Below are positions 1 to 10,560 of a stretch of 45,599 bases of DNA, one piece after another (position 1 is the stretch's first letter; every line of letters begins with the position of its first letter). The notes below the pieces were generated by a model, which did not search any database, was not told the DNA's origin, and was given only the letters and a program-made list of their open reading frames with translations. This stretch comes from Octopus sinensis. Lineage: Eukaryota. The stretch covers positions 1-45,599 of the forward strand of contig NW_021834947.1 of assembly GCF_006345805.1 (NCBI RefSeq), written 5' to 3'. Both the position numbers and the translations under genes were made by a program.

Positions 1-358
1 ACGAAGCTTGCTTACCTAACACATGATTCCGGGTTCAGTCCTACTGCGTGGCACCTTCGGCAAGTGTCTTCTACTAAAGCCTTTAGCCGATCAAAGCCTC
101 GTAAGTGGATTTGGTTGACCGAAACTGAAAGAAGCTCATTGTGTGTCTGTGTATGTGTCTATGCTTGTCCACCCCACCATCGCTTGACGGTCGATGCTGG
201 TGTTTACGTCACCGTAACTTAGCGGTCCGGCAAGTACTACGCTTACAAAGAATAAATCATGGGGTCGATTTCTTCGACCAAAACCCTTTAGAGCGGCACT
301 CCGGGTGCTCCAGCATGGTCGTAGTCAAATGACTGAAACAAGTAAAAGAATAAAAGAA
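1..358 (+). mobile_element. SINE family A copy, 5' end cut by the window edge
   Basis: B-box-like GGGTTCAGTCC, body ggcaagtgtcttctact...ggaaactgaaagaagc, and tail cagcatggtcgtagtcaaatgactgaaacaagtaaaaga. Aligns by eye with the copies at 1000, 10836, 20747 and 41624. Confidence 0.9.
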
Positions 359-999
359 TTCCATTAAATGTTTTTTTTTTCTTTATATATAAACGTGAGG
401 TAGCGGAAGTAGATGCACGTGACAAGAATGCATTAATGTTCTGGGTTCAAATCTCAATGGAAGCGTGTGGGTTCCACTTCGACTTTCGTCCTTCTGTGTC
501 TGATTGCTTGCTTATATTTTTTAATAACGGTTTGACTCAGCACCATACGACTTAGGGTTTTATGGACGTCAGACCCATCCATCTCATCGGTTATCAGGAA
601 AATGTCTTTCCAGGTTTACACAAACACACACATTGTATGTATGCATGCATTAATTGTAACGCAACTGAAAGGCTTCGGTCGAGACGTATCTGTCAGGCAA
701 TTTCACTTCCGGTTGCTTATCATTTCCGTTTAGGTACACTGCTTAATAATACTCATGAGGAAAAGCATGATTGTCACAACTCAATTATTCTCAATTATCC
801 TAAACCACACGGCTTTTATTACTAATCAGAAGTAACCAGCAATTATATTAAGTTATATATATTCCTAAGCCTGATTAAATTTCGGTTTTGATTCTTTGGT
901 TTCTTTTCGTTTCTTTTTTTCTTTTTGTGTTGCTTGTTTTAGTCATTGGACTGCGGCCATAATGCTGATATGTCTGTCTGTTTGTCTGTATGTTTATAT

Positions 1000-1430
1000 A
1001 GGCGTAGGAGTGGCTGTGTGGTAAGTAGCTTGCTTACCAGCCACATGGTTCCGGGTTCAGTCCAGCTGCGTGACACCTTGGGCAAGTGTCTTCTACTAGA
1101 GCCTCGGGCCGACCAAAGCCTTGTGAGTGGATTTGGTAGACGGAAACTGAAAGAAGCCCGTCGTATATATGTATGTATATATAAATATATATATATGTGT
1201 ATGTGTGTGTTTATGTGAGTGTGCGCGTGTGTGTTTGCGTGTCTGTGTTTGTCCTCCCAATATCGCCTGGCAAATGATGCTGGCGCGTTTACGTTCCCGT
1301 ACGTTAGCGGTTCGGCAAAAGAAACCGATAAGTAGTAGGCTTACAAAGAATAAGTCCCGAGGTAGATTTTTTCGACTAAAAAGGCGGTGCTCCAGCATGA
1401 CCGCAGTCAAATAACTGAAACAATAAAATG
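1000..1430 (+). mobile_element. SINE family A, full length (tRNA-like head, internal (TA)n(TG)n, LINE-like tail)
   Basis: A-box-like TGGCTGTGTGG, B-box-like GGTTCAGTCC, internal microsatellite, and tail ggcggtgctccagcatgaccgcagtcaaataactgaaac. Confidence 0.92.
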
Positions 1431-1764
1431 ATATATATATATATATATATATATATAATGTAGTAGCGTTCTTTACCTCTCTGGTCAATAAGAGTTCAGT
1501 ATCCACTAATTGAAGTTATCGATCTCATCATATTGATTGCATCGGTGATTATTTCACTTAGAGATATTAGAAATTTATATTGTTTATCGTTTGAAATGTT
1601 TCGTTGTAGGTCGAAGATGGAAATGTAAGATTCCAGTGACCAGGCATCGTAACCTGCTTTCGTTGTCAAGTGAATCTTAACCAACCCAGGTCGTTGACCT
1701 TTGTAATGCCGTTGGATTATTAGAAGTAAAACGATCGACAGAGGTTCATACATGCGCACACATA

Positions 1765-1968
1765 CGTTCATATACCTATGCGTACATACACACACACACA
1801 CACACACGCACACACACACACACATATATGCGCACGCCCGCTTACAGTACATACACGACACACATACGCACATACACACACATACATACATGCTCACATA
1901 CATACATATACACGCCCGCTGAATTACACACACTCATACACATACACACTGTGTGTGTATGTGTGTGA
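1765..1968. repeat. Compound (CA)n/(CATA)n microsatellite
   Basis: Directly visible. Confidence 0.9.
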
Positions 1969-2059
1969 GCAGATCGATCGATCGTATTCTATCGAGAACA
2001 TTGACCTCCGTTCATCTAAAACATCATGGCTTTACCAGAAGTTAATTCTTTATTATTAT

Positions 2060-2578
2060 TAACAGCATTTTGCACTTCTTTATACGTTCTGAGTTCAAAA
2101 CCCACCGAGGTCGGTTCATCATTCCAGGGGTCAATGAATTAAATATCAGTCGAGCACTGGGGTCGATATAATCGTCGAATCCTTCCCCCACCAGAATTTC
2201 GGACTTTGTACCTTTAGCGGAAAAGATTATTATCATCACAATTATTATCATCAAAATCGTTAGATCATCAGACAAAATACTTTGCAGTATTTTTTTTTTT
2301 TGTGAATCATTACGTTCCGAATTCATATTTCACCAAGGTCTATCTTTGTCTTTCATCCTCCTCGTCGGGGTGGGGGTCATTAAAATAAAGTACCAGTCAT
2401 GTGAACTGGGGTCAGTGTAACAGACTTGCTCCGCGTCTTCGAAATTGTTAGCCTTGTACCAAAATTTGAAAGCAAAGATGGCTCGCTTAGTAGAATCGTT
2501 ACCGCGCCGAATAAAGTACTTAGCGTCATTTGTACCGGCTTTCAAATTCCGCTGAGGTCGACTTTGCCTGTCACCCTT
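2060..2578 (+). mobile_element. Three adjacent degenerate SINE family B copies (old tail type)
   Basis: Repeated gttctgagttcaaa..ccgaggtc..ttcatc..ggggtc..aagtaccag..ctggggtc motifs and gccttgtacc tails. Confidence 0.75.
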
Positions 2579-2992
2579 AAGCAAAATAAGCATGTGCTTT
2601 TAGGGCATCAAGGGAAGGAGGGGGAGGAGGCACCACAGAAATGGTAAGTGGTTTACGGCACAAATGAATTCACTTTAAACTTGCTAAAGTAACATTCGGG
2701 ATGCGTTTATCTCTACTAAGTATAGATGCAGATGTGTTACCTAAGATTAATTTTGAGGATTTGATCAAAGACTTTGCAATTCAAGAAAGTAGGAGGAAAC
2801 TTTTCAAATATGTAAAAAGTGGAAGTATGCAAAAATAAACATTATTTTCCCTCTTACTGTTTTGTTTCGTTTGAAAATAAAAATTTATTTTATGGTTTGT
2901 TATTGTTTATACTTTGAATTACATAATCTTTTATGGGGGTACCAAAATCTTTTTAAGTGCTTAGGGCCTCGATGGGTCTTAATCCAACCCTG
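2579..2992 (+). mobile_element. 3' fragment of a hAT DNA transposon with C-terminal transposase remnant, inside a SINE B copy
   Basis: About 2710-2805 translates to SLLSIDADVLPKINFEDLIKDFAIQESRRKLF, resembling the C-terminal dimerisation region of hAT/ZMYM1-like transposases. The fragment ends in tcttaatccaaccctg (CAGGG-type hAT terminus), and SINE B resumes at ccctttcgggg. Confidence 0.7.
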
Positions 2993-3310
2993 CCCTTTCG
3001 GGGTTGATATATTAGCGAAGTACTGGTGTCGATGTAGTGGCTTAAGGCCTCGATGGGTCTTAATCCAACCCTGCCCTTTCGGGGTTGATATACTAGAGTA
3101 TCAGCGAAGTACTGGTGTCGATGTAGTGGCTTAAGGCCTCGATGGGTCTTAATCCAACCCTGCCCTTTCGGGGTTGATATACTAGAGTATCAGCGAAGTA
3201 CTGGTGTCGATGTAGTGGATTAAGGTCGCGATGGGTCTTAATCCAACCCTGCCCTTTCGGGGTTGATATACTAGAGTACCAGCGAAGTACTGGTGTCGAT
3301 GTAGTGGACT
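2958..3310 (+). repeat. Tandem array of four units (81, 89, 89, ~80 bp) made of a hAT terminus plus a SINE B fragment
   Basis: gatgggtcttaatccaaccctgccctttcggggttgatat starts at 2971, 3052, 3141 and 3230. Confidence 0.95.
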
Positions 3311-3843
3311 AACCACCTTGTCCACAGCGCCAGGCCTTGTACCTATAACAGAAAGAATACTTATTATTTTTGTTATCGTTATCAGAATCGGTAGAGGGTC
3401 GGGTAAAATACCTTGCTGTAATTACTCGTTTTTATATGATTCCATTGTCAAATCCCGCAACAATGACTTCGTTTGTCATCCTCCAACATCGATAAAATAA
3501 TACCCCACACAATCAATAATCGGGTAGATTCTACCCATTGTGACCATCCGTTTAGTTTTATTTATTTATTTATTGTTTATTCATATTGTTTAATCACTGC
3601 TTTCAGTTTTTGAATTGTGGCCGTGCTGCAGCATATTGCCTTCGAGGTTTCGAGTCGATCGTGAAATATTCCCGTAATCATTTTATCGATGTCTAACAAT
3701 CGAAATGTTATGTAAGGGAACTAAATAAACGTAACATAAGCAAAATCGAATTGTATAACGTGTAAACACACACAAATATACACACACTGTATAGACACGG
3801 ACACTCATAAACACACACACGTCCGTTTCATCAGATGCGGAGA

Positions 3844-3896
3844 GCGTCTGATGATATGGGCGTGTTCCACGCTTCCACGAAACTTCAAGTCATGTC
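3844..3896 (+). ncRNA. Degenerate type I hammerhead ribozyme motif (Penelope-like remnant)
   Basis: CTGATGA at 3848-3854, damaged stem II (tgg-gcgtg ttc cacgc ttcca), GAAAC at 3879-3883, near-palindromic stem III acttcaagt, GTC cleavage triplet. Stem I is weak (gcgt/atgt). Confidence 0.5.
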
Positions 3897-4210
3897 GAAC
3901 TGATTCAAACTGTTATTAAATATTATATGTAACTCCTACCGAATGTTTAGAGTGGTATCTCTTTTATTTGTTCATTCAGTCATGTGCGCGCACACACACA
4001 CACACACACACGTACGTACGTACATACACATAAACTTTCGTGCGCGCAGTGATATTTGGACAAGCGAAAGGAAAGGCACTCAACACATGCCATAGAGCGT
4101 GAGCGTATGTCCTATGTGCGTGCGCGCGAGTTGATCGTTCTCTATATTGCGTTATTATTGATGACTAATACTTTGAGCTGACAGACATTGTGGTGACTTA
4201 TGGCAGAGTG

Positions 4211-4246
<36 letters not shown>

Positions 4247-4265
4247 ATTATATATATATATATAT

Positions 4266-4467
4266 TACTCCTTACTCTTTTACTTGCTTCAGTCATTTGA
4301 CTGTGGCCATGCTGGAGCACCGCCTTTAGTCGAGCAAATCGACCCCAGGACTTATTCTTTGGAAGCCTAGTACTTGTTCTATTGGTCTCTTTTGCCGAAC
4401 CGCTAAGTTACGGGGATGTAAACACACCAGCATCGGTTGTCAAGCGATGTTAGGGGGACAAACACAG

Positions 4468-4498
<31 letters not shown>

Positions 4499-4668
4499 CA
4501 TATATACGACAGGCTTTTTTCCACTCACACGGCTTTGGTCGGCCCGAGGCTATAGTAGAAGACACTAGCCCAAAGTGCCACGCAGTGGGACTGAACCCGA
4601 AACCATGTGGTTACCACACAGCTACTTACCATACAGCCACTTACCAACCACACAGCCACTCCTATGCG
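4266..4668 (-). mobile_element. SINE family A, near full length, with small internal deletions
   Basis: Reverse complement of family A; the head has a short local duplication (cttacca..cagc.a). Confidence 0.92.
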
Positions 4669-4669
4669 T

Positions 4670-4724
4670 ATCTATATATATATATATATATATCTCGTTG
4701 GAATTTACAAAAAAAAACGAAAGA

Positions 4725-4774
<50 letters not shown>

Positions 4775-4801
4775 GTGTGTGTGTGTATTTATTCACACAC
4801 G

Positions 4802-4868
<67 letters not shown>
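4670..4868. repeat. Compound (TA)n/(CA)n microsatellite
   Basis: Directly visible. Confidence 0.9.
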
Positions 4869-5783
4869 TACATATGCACGACACTCTGTGTTCCTACGGT
4901 AGGAATTATTTGTATCGAATAGATGATGCCGACTGACTTGGCGTTCATCATAAATCTATCTCTCTCTCTCGCTCGCTCGCTCACTCGCTTGTCTCATATT
5001 AATACACACTGTTCAAATATGTGCGATAATAGACAAATGAGTGTTTTTATACGTAATGGACGTGTATGTGTGTGCATTTGTGAGTCTGTGTACATTTATA
5101 CTAATCTTTATGTTAAAGCATTGTGCGCGTGTGTGTGTGTATAATGTGGAAATATGCATAAATGGGAACGTTGTAATTGGCCTAACCATATATCTGACTC
5201 TATCTGCTTGTCTGTCTGTTAGTCTAATCCGCATGCATCTATGTATGTGTGTGTCTGTCTCTGTATGTGTGTCTGTCTCACTGTATGTGTCTGTCTGTCT
5301 GTCTAATCTGCATGTATCTATGTTTGTATTTGTCTGTCTGTATGTCTGTCTTACAGCAGAATCTCTGGAAGAAATGCTTGGATTTTGTGTTTTGTTGTTT
5401 TTGTTTCTGCGTACGACGAACAAAAAGAAAGAAAATGGGGGGGGGGGAGAAAAAAGAAGAGAAAAAATGATAAAAAAATGATAAAAAAATAACCGTTAGA
5501 GCATTACAACTGCGCGTTATGCAATTGTTACAGTGTGGCTGCAGTAAATCTTTCTCTCTCTCTCTCTTTTTCTCTCCAACCAATCAGTCAGACGCCATGT
5601 TGCTTGAACTGCCGTCTCTGTGAAAAACTGTGCTCCATATATCTCTGAAAAAAAAAAAAAAAGACAGAAAGACAGAAAGAAAGAAAAAAAAGAAGAAAAT
5701 CAATCAATATAAATATATCCGAGTCGCATTTCAACTACCAAAATTAGCTTCCTCTCACATAGTGGGAATAGATAGGGCTGACT

Positions 5784-5811
5784 GTCACGTGATCTGGACG
5801 TAACACGTGAT
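5784..5811. promoter_or_regulatory. Paired CACGTG E-boxes (candidate bHLH-ZIP site)
   Basis: gtCACGTGat at 5784-5793 and aCACGTGat at 5803-5811 in unique sequence. Motif only. Confidence 0.25.
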
Positions 5812-6200
5812 TTCGCGTGCATTATTATTATCATCATCATCATCTCCGTTTAGACAATCTGCGTACAACACCACACTTTTTCTGCCATTTATTTATTTAT
5901 TTATTTATTTATTGGCCTTATTGATTTCTCCGAAGCTTTGCTACATTCAATGAAAATATTCTTCCTATTCTCCCTGTGTCTGTCTGTATGTCTGCTTGTC
6001 TGTTTCTTCCTGCCTCTCTCTCTCTCTCTCTCTCTTCCTTTCTCTCTCTATCTCTCATTTCTCTTTAAATACACTACCGTTCTCTTCTCGTTCGCTGTAC
6101 GCCTGTTCGACTTTGTAAAATCTCTTAGCTCGCGTGTGTCTGCGTTCAAACTGACGTTTCGGATCGCATGGAATCTCTCTCTCTCTTTCTCTCTCTCTCT

Positions 6201-6264
<64 letters not shown>

Positions 6265-6797
6265 AATAAAATAGAACATATGCATATATATAAACATATA
6301 TGTACGTACCTACCTCTACATGTACATATACACGCATATATATATATATATAATGTCAAATTTTTCTCCTGGCATTTTTGGTCAGCACGAAACTTCTGCC
6401 AATAATGGGTGTTTCAACGTGACCTTTTCCGACTGCACGAAACATTTGTGTTCAAAGAATGAATCAGTCAATCGTTTTAAAGATTTCGTTTCGAGAGAAG
6501 AAAAAAACGCAATAAATAAATAAATAAATAAATAAAAATATTCTTTGAAAAGCAATAAATCTCAAGGTTTTATAATTTGTTATGGCACTAAAGCTTGCCA
6601 CATTGAATTATAAGTGTGTGCCACCCACAACATATCAAACGCACAAATACACAATTGTGCTACACATCAGAGGCACATTACAAGAAATATGTACGCAGAC
6701 ACATGTTGGTGGAGCGTAGCTATTAGTGTGGGTTTACCAAGTTCGCTTCTTAATCTCGCGGTTCCGTGTTCGAATTTCTGCACTGCTGTGTAACCTC

Positions 6798-7212
6798 GGA
6801 TCTTTTCGGTTTGAACTGAACTTTTTTTCTAGCGGTGTCATATGAAATTGTCACCCATAATTATGACCCTAGTATCAACCTATTGCATTTCAATCTGTTT
6901 TAGGGTTAGGGTTAGGGGAGAAGGTATGTTTTTTTCTTCACAAATGTAAATAAACCCAATCTGTTTCTTAAACGAGGGACATATTCATACGGTACAGAAT
7001 GTTTTTTTTACCTCAATACACGTCAGTGATTGGTTGAAATTGCAGAAATTGAAGAAAAAAAAACAACAAATATCTTACAAACTATAGAATTTTCTCAATA
7101 AAGCCAAGAGAAAAAGATGTTTTATAAACACATTCTACCAGTATACGAAGTTTAAAAGTGTTTAGTTACGTGGAAAATATTTTTTTAAATGCCGTTCAAA
7201 CCGAAAAGATCC
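6798..7212. mobile_element. 415-bp non-autonomous TIR element (MITE) with internal TTAGGG repeats, flanked by 34-bp direct repeats
   Basis: Perfect 19-bp TIRs ggatcttttcggtttgaac (6798-6816) and gttcaaaccgaaaagatcc (7194-7212). (TTAGGG)3 near 6900-6917. Flanks 6764-6797 and 7213-7246 are 30/34 identical. Confidence 0.9.
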
Positions 7213-7344
7213 CCGTGTTCGAATCTCTGCACTGCTGTGCAATTTCTACCATAGTTATTATTAAACCCACGTCTTTTGAGTAAATTTTGAATAGACGGAA
7301 AGTATGGACGGGTGACCCATGCATGTTTTGGTCGATAGAATTTA

Positions 7345-7467
7345 TAGCCCGAGGCTATAGTAGAAGACACTTACCCAAGGGGCCACGCAGTGGGACCGAA
7401 CCCGGAACCATGTGGTTGGTAAGCAAGCTATTTGCCACACAGCCACTTCTACGCCTATATATATATA

Positions 7468-7502
<35 letters not shown>

Positions 7503-7650
7503 CGACGGGCTTCTTTCAGTTTCCGTCTACCAAATCCACTCACAAGTCTTTGGTCGGCCCGAGGCTATAGTAGAAGACGCTTGACTAAAATTCTTCAAGT
7601 CGGTGCACCAGCATGGCCGCGGTACAATAACTGAAACTAGTAAAAGATAA
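7345..7650. mobile_element. Rearranged SINE family A fragments (minus head, minus middle, plus tail)
   Basis: gcccgaggctatagtagaagac occurs at ~7347 and ~7557; a plus-strand tail cagcatggccgc..actgaaactagtaaaaga follows. Confidence 0.8.
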
Positions 7651-8109
7651 ATGTATATGCACAATTATAACCCAACACCGGAAGCAGACACACACACACA
7701 CACATCGGGTGTACACGTAATGATTATTTTAATTCAGAATAACACACTTAAACCCGCACGAATTTCCGATTGTACAGATAATAAATGACCTTGTGTGTAA
7801 GATATTGAACTTACAATTGTTGAAATATACGGATATACAGAACAGATGTTGTTGTTTTTTCTGGTTTTTTTTTTTTTTAGCAGCGGAATTTTTAAACTCA
7901 GTTCACCCAATGCTGAAAAGTTGGCACCAATTTGTTTTGGAATGCTATCTGATAGACATCGCCATTCTGGAGTTATGTAGCCTCCCTGGCAACGTCTTTT
8001 GGCTTATTAGACTTCGCTGATATCGTCTGCATCAGTTTTGATTTGATCTGTTCGTTAACTTTCATCAAAATATATATAACTAAATCATTTAGATAGATAG
8101 ATAGATAAA

Positions 8110-8300
8110 AAAAAATACGAAGAGTAAACACTAAAAAAAACCACAACGTAAGGACGTGGTACGTGTAAAGTATTAGTAGACGCTCAGGGAAGGAAAGAAA
8201 GATGGTTTAACGTTTCGAGCAAAGCTCTTCTTCAGAAACAGAGGAAAGTCCAATAGAAACGGAAGGCGGAGGGGGAAAAATTGCCAACGATTCACAACGG
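8110..8300 (-). mobile_element. Penelope-like terminal-repeat remnant with minimal hammerhead motif (8205-8239)
   Basis: Minus strand reads GTTT-CTGAAGA-a-GAGC ttt GCTC-GAAACGT-T-AAAC. The flank tattagt..acgctc.gggaagg is shared with 32042-32162 and 40104-40230. Confidence 0.65.
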
Positions 8301-8346
8301 TGATAATTTAGCTTACGCATTGCGCGATACTGACATAGGTTTTAGA

Positions 8347-8449
8347 GCGCTGTTTCTCAACCATATATTGCTTGCCAACCCCTTTTTATACCTATTTTAA
8401 TCAGATGGACCCCTATAACCAATTGAAGTTTTAATAAAATCTCATTATA
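8347..8449 (+). mobile_element. hAT(Charlie)-like MITE fragment interrupted by the mariner element, continuing at ~9024-9120
   Basis: ctgtttctcaacc-type terminus and ggacccc motif; a related minus-strand sequence lies at ~35775-35912. Confidence 0.45.
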
Positions 8450-9023
8450 TTGGGTTGTCCGGAAAGTTCGTACCGATTTTTAAAGGAAAGAAAAAGGTTA
8501 ATAAGTACTTGCCATTACCCAAGCTTTACCAGGTGCTCATGAACGACGGATTTTGATAGGTGGAGGTTTTATGCCAATTCTCGGGTTGTGCAATGTGGGT
8601 TATTCTCAATTAATGACTTCATTTGGTCATCATCTGTAGTGGATGGTCTGCCTGATCACTCTTTATCAATAAGGCTACAATCTCCAGCTCAGAACCTTGC
8701 GATCAACTTCCGTACAGTTCTTTCGGATAAACAAACATCACCGTAAACTGCGCATATTTCTATGGTTGATTGTGAGGCATTTTTCCCTTTACGGAAAAAG
8801 AAAAGCATCAAGTGCCAAAAATGAACTTTCTTATCTTCCATTTTAAAGGGTTAGAGAATTAACACAGGTTATAGGAACACAAATCTTCTTTCACGAAAAG
8901 ATAGCTTAAACTGTGCTCTAAATCGAGGTGTAGTCAAATCCTATTTTATGGACTCAACCATGTTCTAAAATAAGTCGAAAGGTAAGCTACTATAAATCGG
9001 CACAAACTTTCCGGACAACCCAA
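8450..9023 (-). mobile_element. Internally deleted mariner transposon (574 bp) with TA TSD
   Basis: ~30-bp TIRs ttgggttgtccggaaagttcgtaccgattt / aaatcggcacaaactttccggacaacccaa, with TA on both sides and a transposase remnant inside. Confidence 0.93.
8565..8841 (-). pseudogene. Mariner transposase N-terminal HTH region, frameshifted and with stops
   Basis: MEDKKVHFWHLMLFFFRKGKNASQST / REICAVYGDVCLSERTVRKLIARF*AGDCSLIDKE*SGRPSTTDDDQMKSLIENNPHCTTRELA*. Matches the Hsmar1/Mos1-type N-terminus (SGRP, TTRE motifs). Confidence 0.88.
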
Positions 9024-9130
9024 TATTTTTACAGTTAAATATCATTAGGAATTGTATGAAAAAAATTAAATGAAGTGTAAGTTTATTGCAGAATGCATTT
9101 GAATAAAGTTGGTAACATGCAAAACCATAT

Positions 9131-9187
<57 letters not shown>

Positions 9188-9964
9188 ATACAGTTCGAGG
9201 GTGAAAATCCGCCCAAAGACTAACACATATATAGTTTAATCTTTACAGTTCTTTACATATTGAGATCGTTTCAAAATACTCAGCATAAAAATTTCCAGTC
9301 TTTAAGCAAATTCTTTAAATCTGCGCTCCAGCTTACAACACAATCCTTTACACCAACGTGGTGTGCCTATGCGGCCAACTATCGTGAGATAATTACTTCT
9401 TGATGAGTTCAGGCACGATCGGAACTTTGAATGTTAAACTGAAGAGTAGTAAGGAAGGTACTCAGAATATCCATATTCAACATTTCTTTTTCCGCACGTT
9501 ATAACGATCTTGAAATTTTTAATCATTGGTAGCCATGTATATAGCGCTATTTCATCCTTCTTTGAAACTGTCAGCATGGCATAACTCGAAGCAAATAAAT
9601 TACATTAAACAAACATTTTACGAAGCTAATCGTTTGAAAATTAATGTTTTCTGTTAGACTACTGCGAGTTGTTTTAACGATTCTTGATGTTACAGCTAAA
9701 CAAAGCTGCAGCCCTTTTGTAAACAACAGTTAAATCGCTGTATTTACTGCCGTCGGGCAAATTAAAAAATCAAAGAATGCATCTATACAGGTTGCGGAAT
9801 TTCTTTTTATCTGTTACTTCACATGTTTTAAAGTTTCGTACTAAGTAGCGATGTTTAACAGAATGATCTCATCATGAATGTAAATCAAAGCTGATTCTAA
9901 CACCTTCAGTCCGGCTGTCTATCATCTCAAACATCATTATCAGGAATATTAACCGTCTCTGAAT

Positions 9965-10560
9965 TTCACTAACCAATGGCAGAGCCTCAACATGGTTGTT
10001 CATTCTACTGGAAATGGCAGTTGAGTCTTCCTCAAATCATGCATTCTGTTGCCTTCGAGGTATAATGGTAAGTTAGAATACCTTAGATTCGTCTCTGTAT
10101 ATCTATTTCTTTATTACCCACAAGGGGCTAAACACAGAAGGGACAAACAAGGACAGACATAGGCATTAAGTCAATTACATCGACCCCAGTGCGTAACTGG
10201 TACTTAATTTATCGACCCCGAAAGGATGAAAGGCAAAGTCGACCTCGGCGGAATTTGAACTCACAACGTAACGCAGACGAAATACCGCTAAGCATTTCGC
10301 CCGGCGTGCTAACGTTTCTGCCAGCTCGTCTCTATATATCACTAGCCAATGAAAGAGCCTCCATGTGGTCATTCATTCAGCTGGAAATAGTTGTAAAATC
10401 TCATTCAAATCGTACGTCTTTTTACCTTCTTCAAAAAGAAAAGCAAGGTCACGTTGAACAATGTAGCCTTGTCTAAACTATGTCTGAATAAAAGATGAGA
10501 TGGTTACAGTCTGTACGTCTTCAATCGTTGCTCTTCTCGATTAAAGCTGACTTGAGATTA
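9965..10560 (+). mobile_element. Two tandem copies of an old interspersed repeat (family E) separated by a SINE B insertion
   Basis: cacta.ccaatg..agagcctc.a..tggt..ttcattc..ctggaaat.g at ~9967 and ~10340; a similar minus-strand sequence lies at ~37900-37970. Confidence 0.55.
10104..10328 (-). mobile_element. SINE family B, young type, with 15-bp TSD
   Basis: Reverse complement of family B. TSD tcgtctct(g/a)tatatc at 10089-10103 and 10326-10340. Confidence 0.93.

Noticed and set aside
663-695. Hammerhead-like ctgaaaggc-ttcg-gtc-gagacgta
   Set aside because: The core is two bases short, GAAA is mutated and there is no stem I; indistinguishable from chance.
1496-1752. ~85 stop-free codons in unique sequence on the minus strand
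   Set aside because: No recognisable homology or clear splice signals; a few ORFs of this length are expected by chance over six frames.
2958-3310. CRISPR-like regular array
   Set aside because: Units are near-identical throughout with no unique spacers, there are no cas genes, and the context is eukaryotic.
6896-6922. Chromosome end or fusion telomere scar
   Set aside because: Only three units, and they lie inside a TIR-bounded element.
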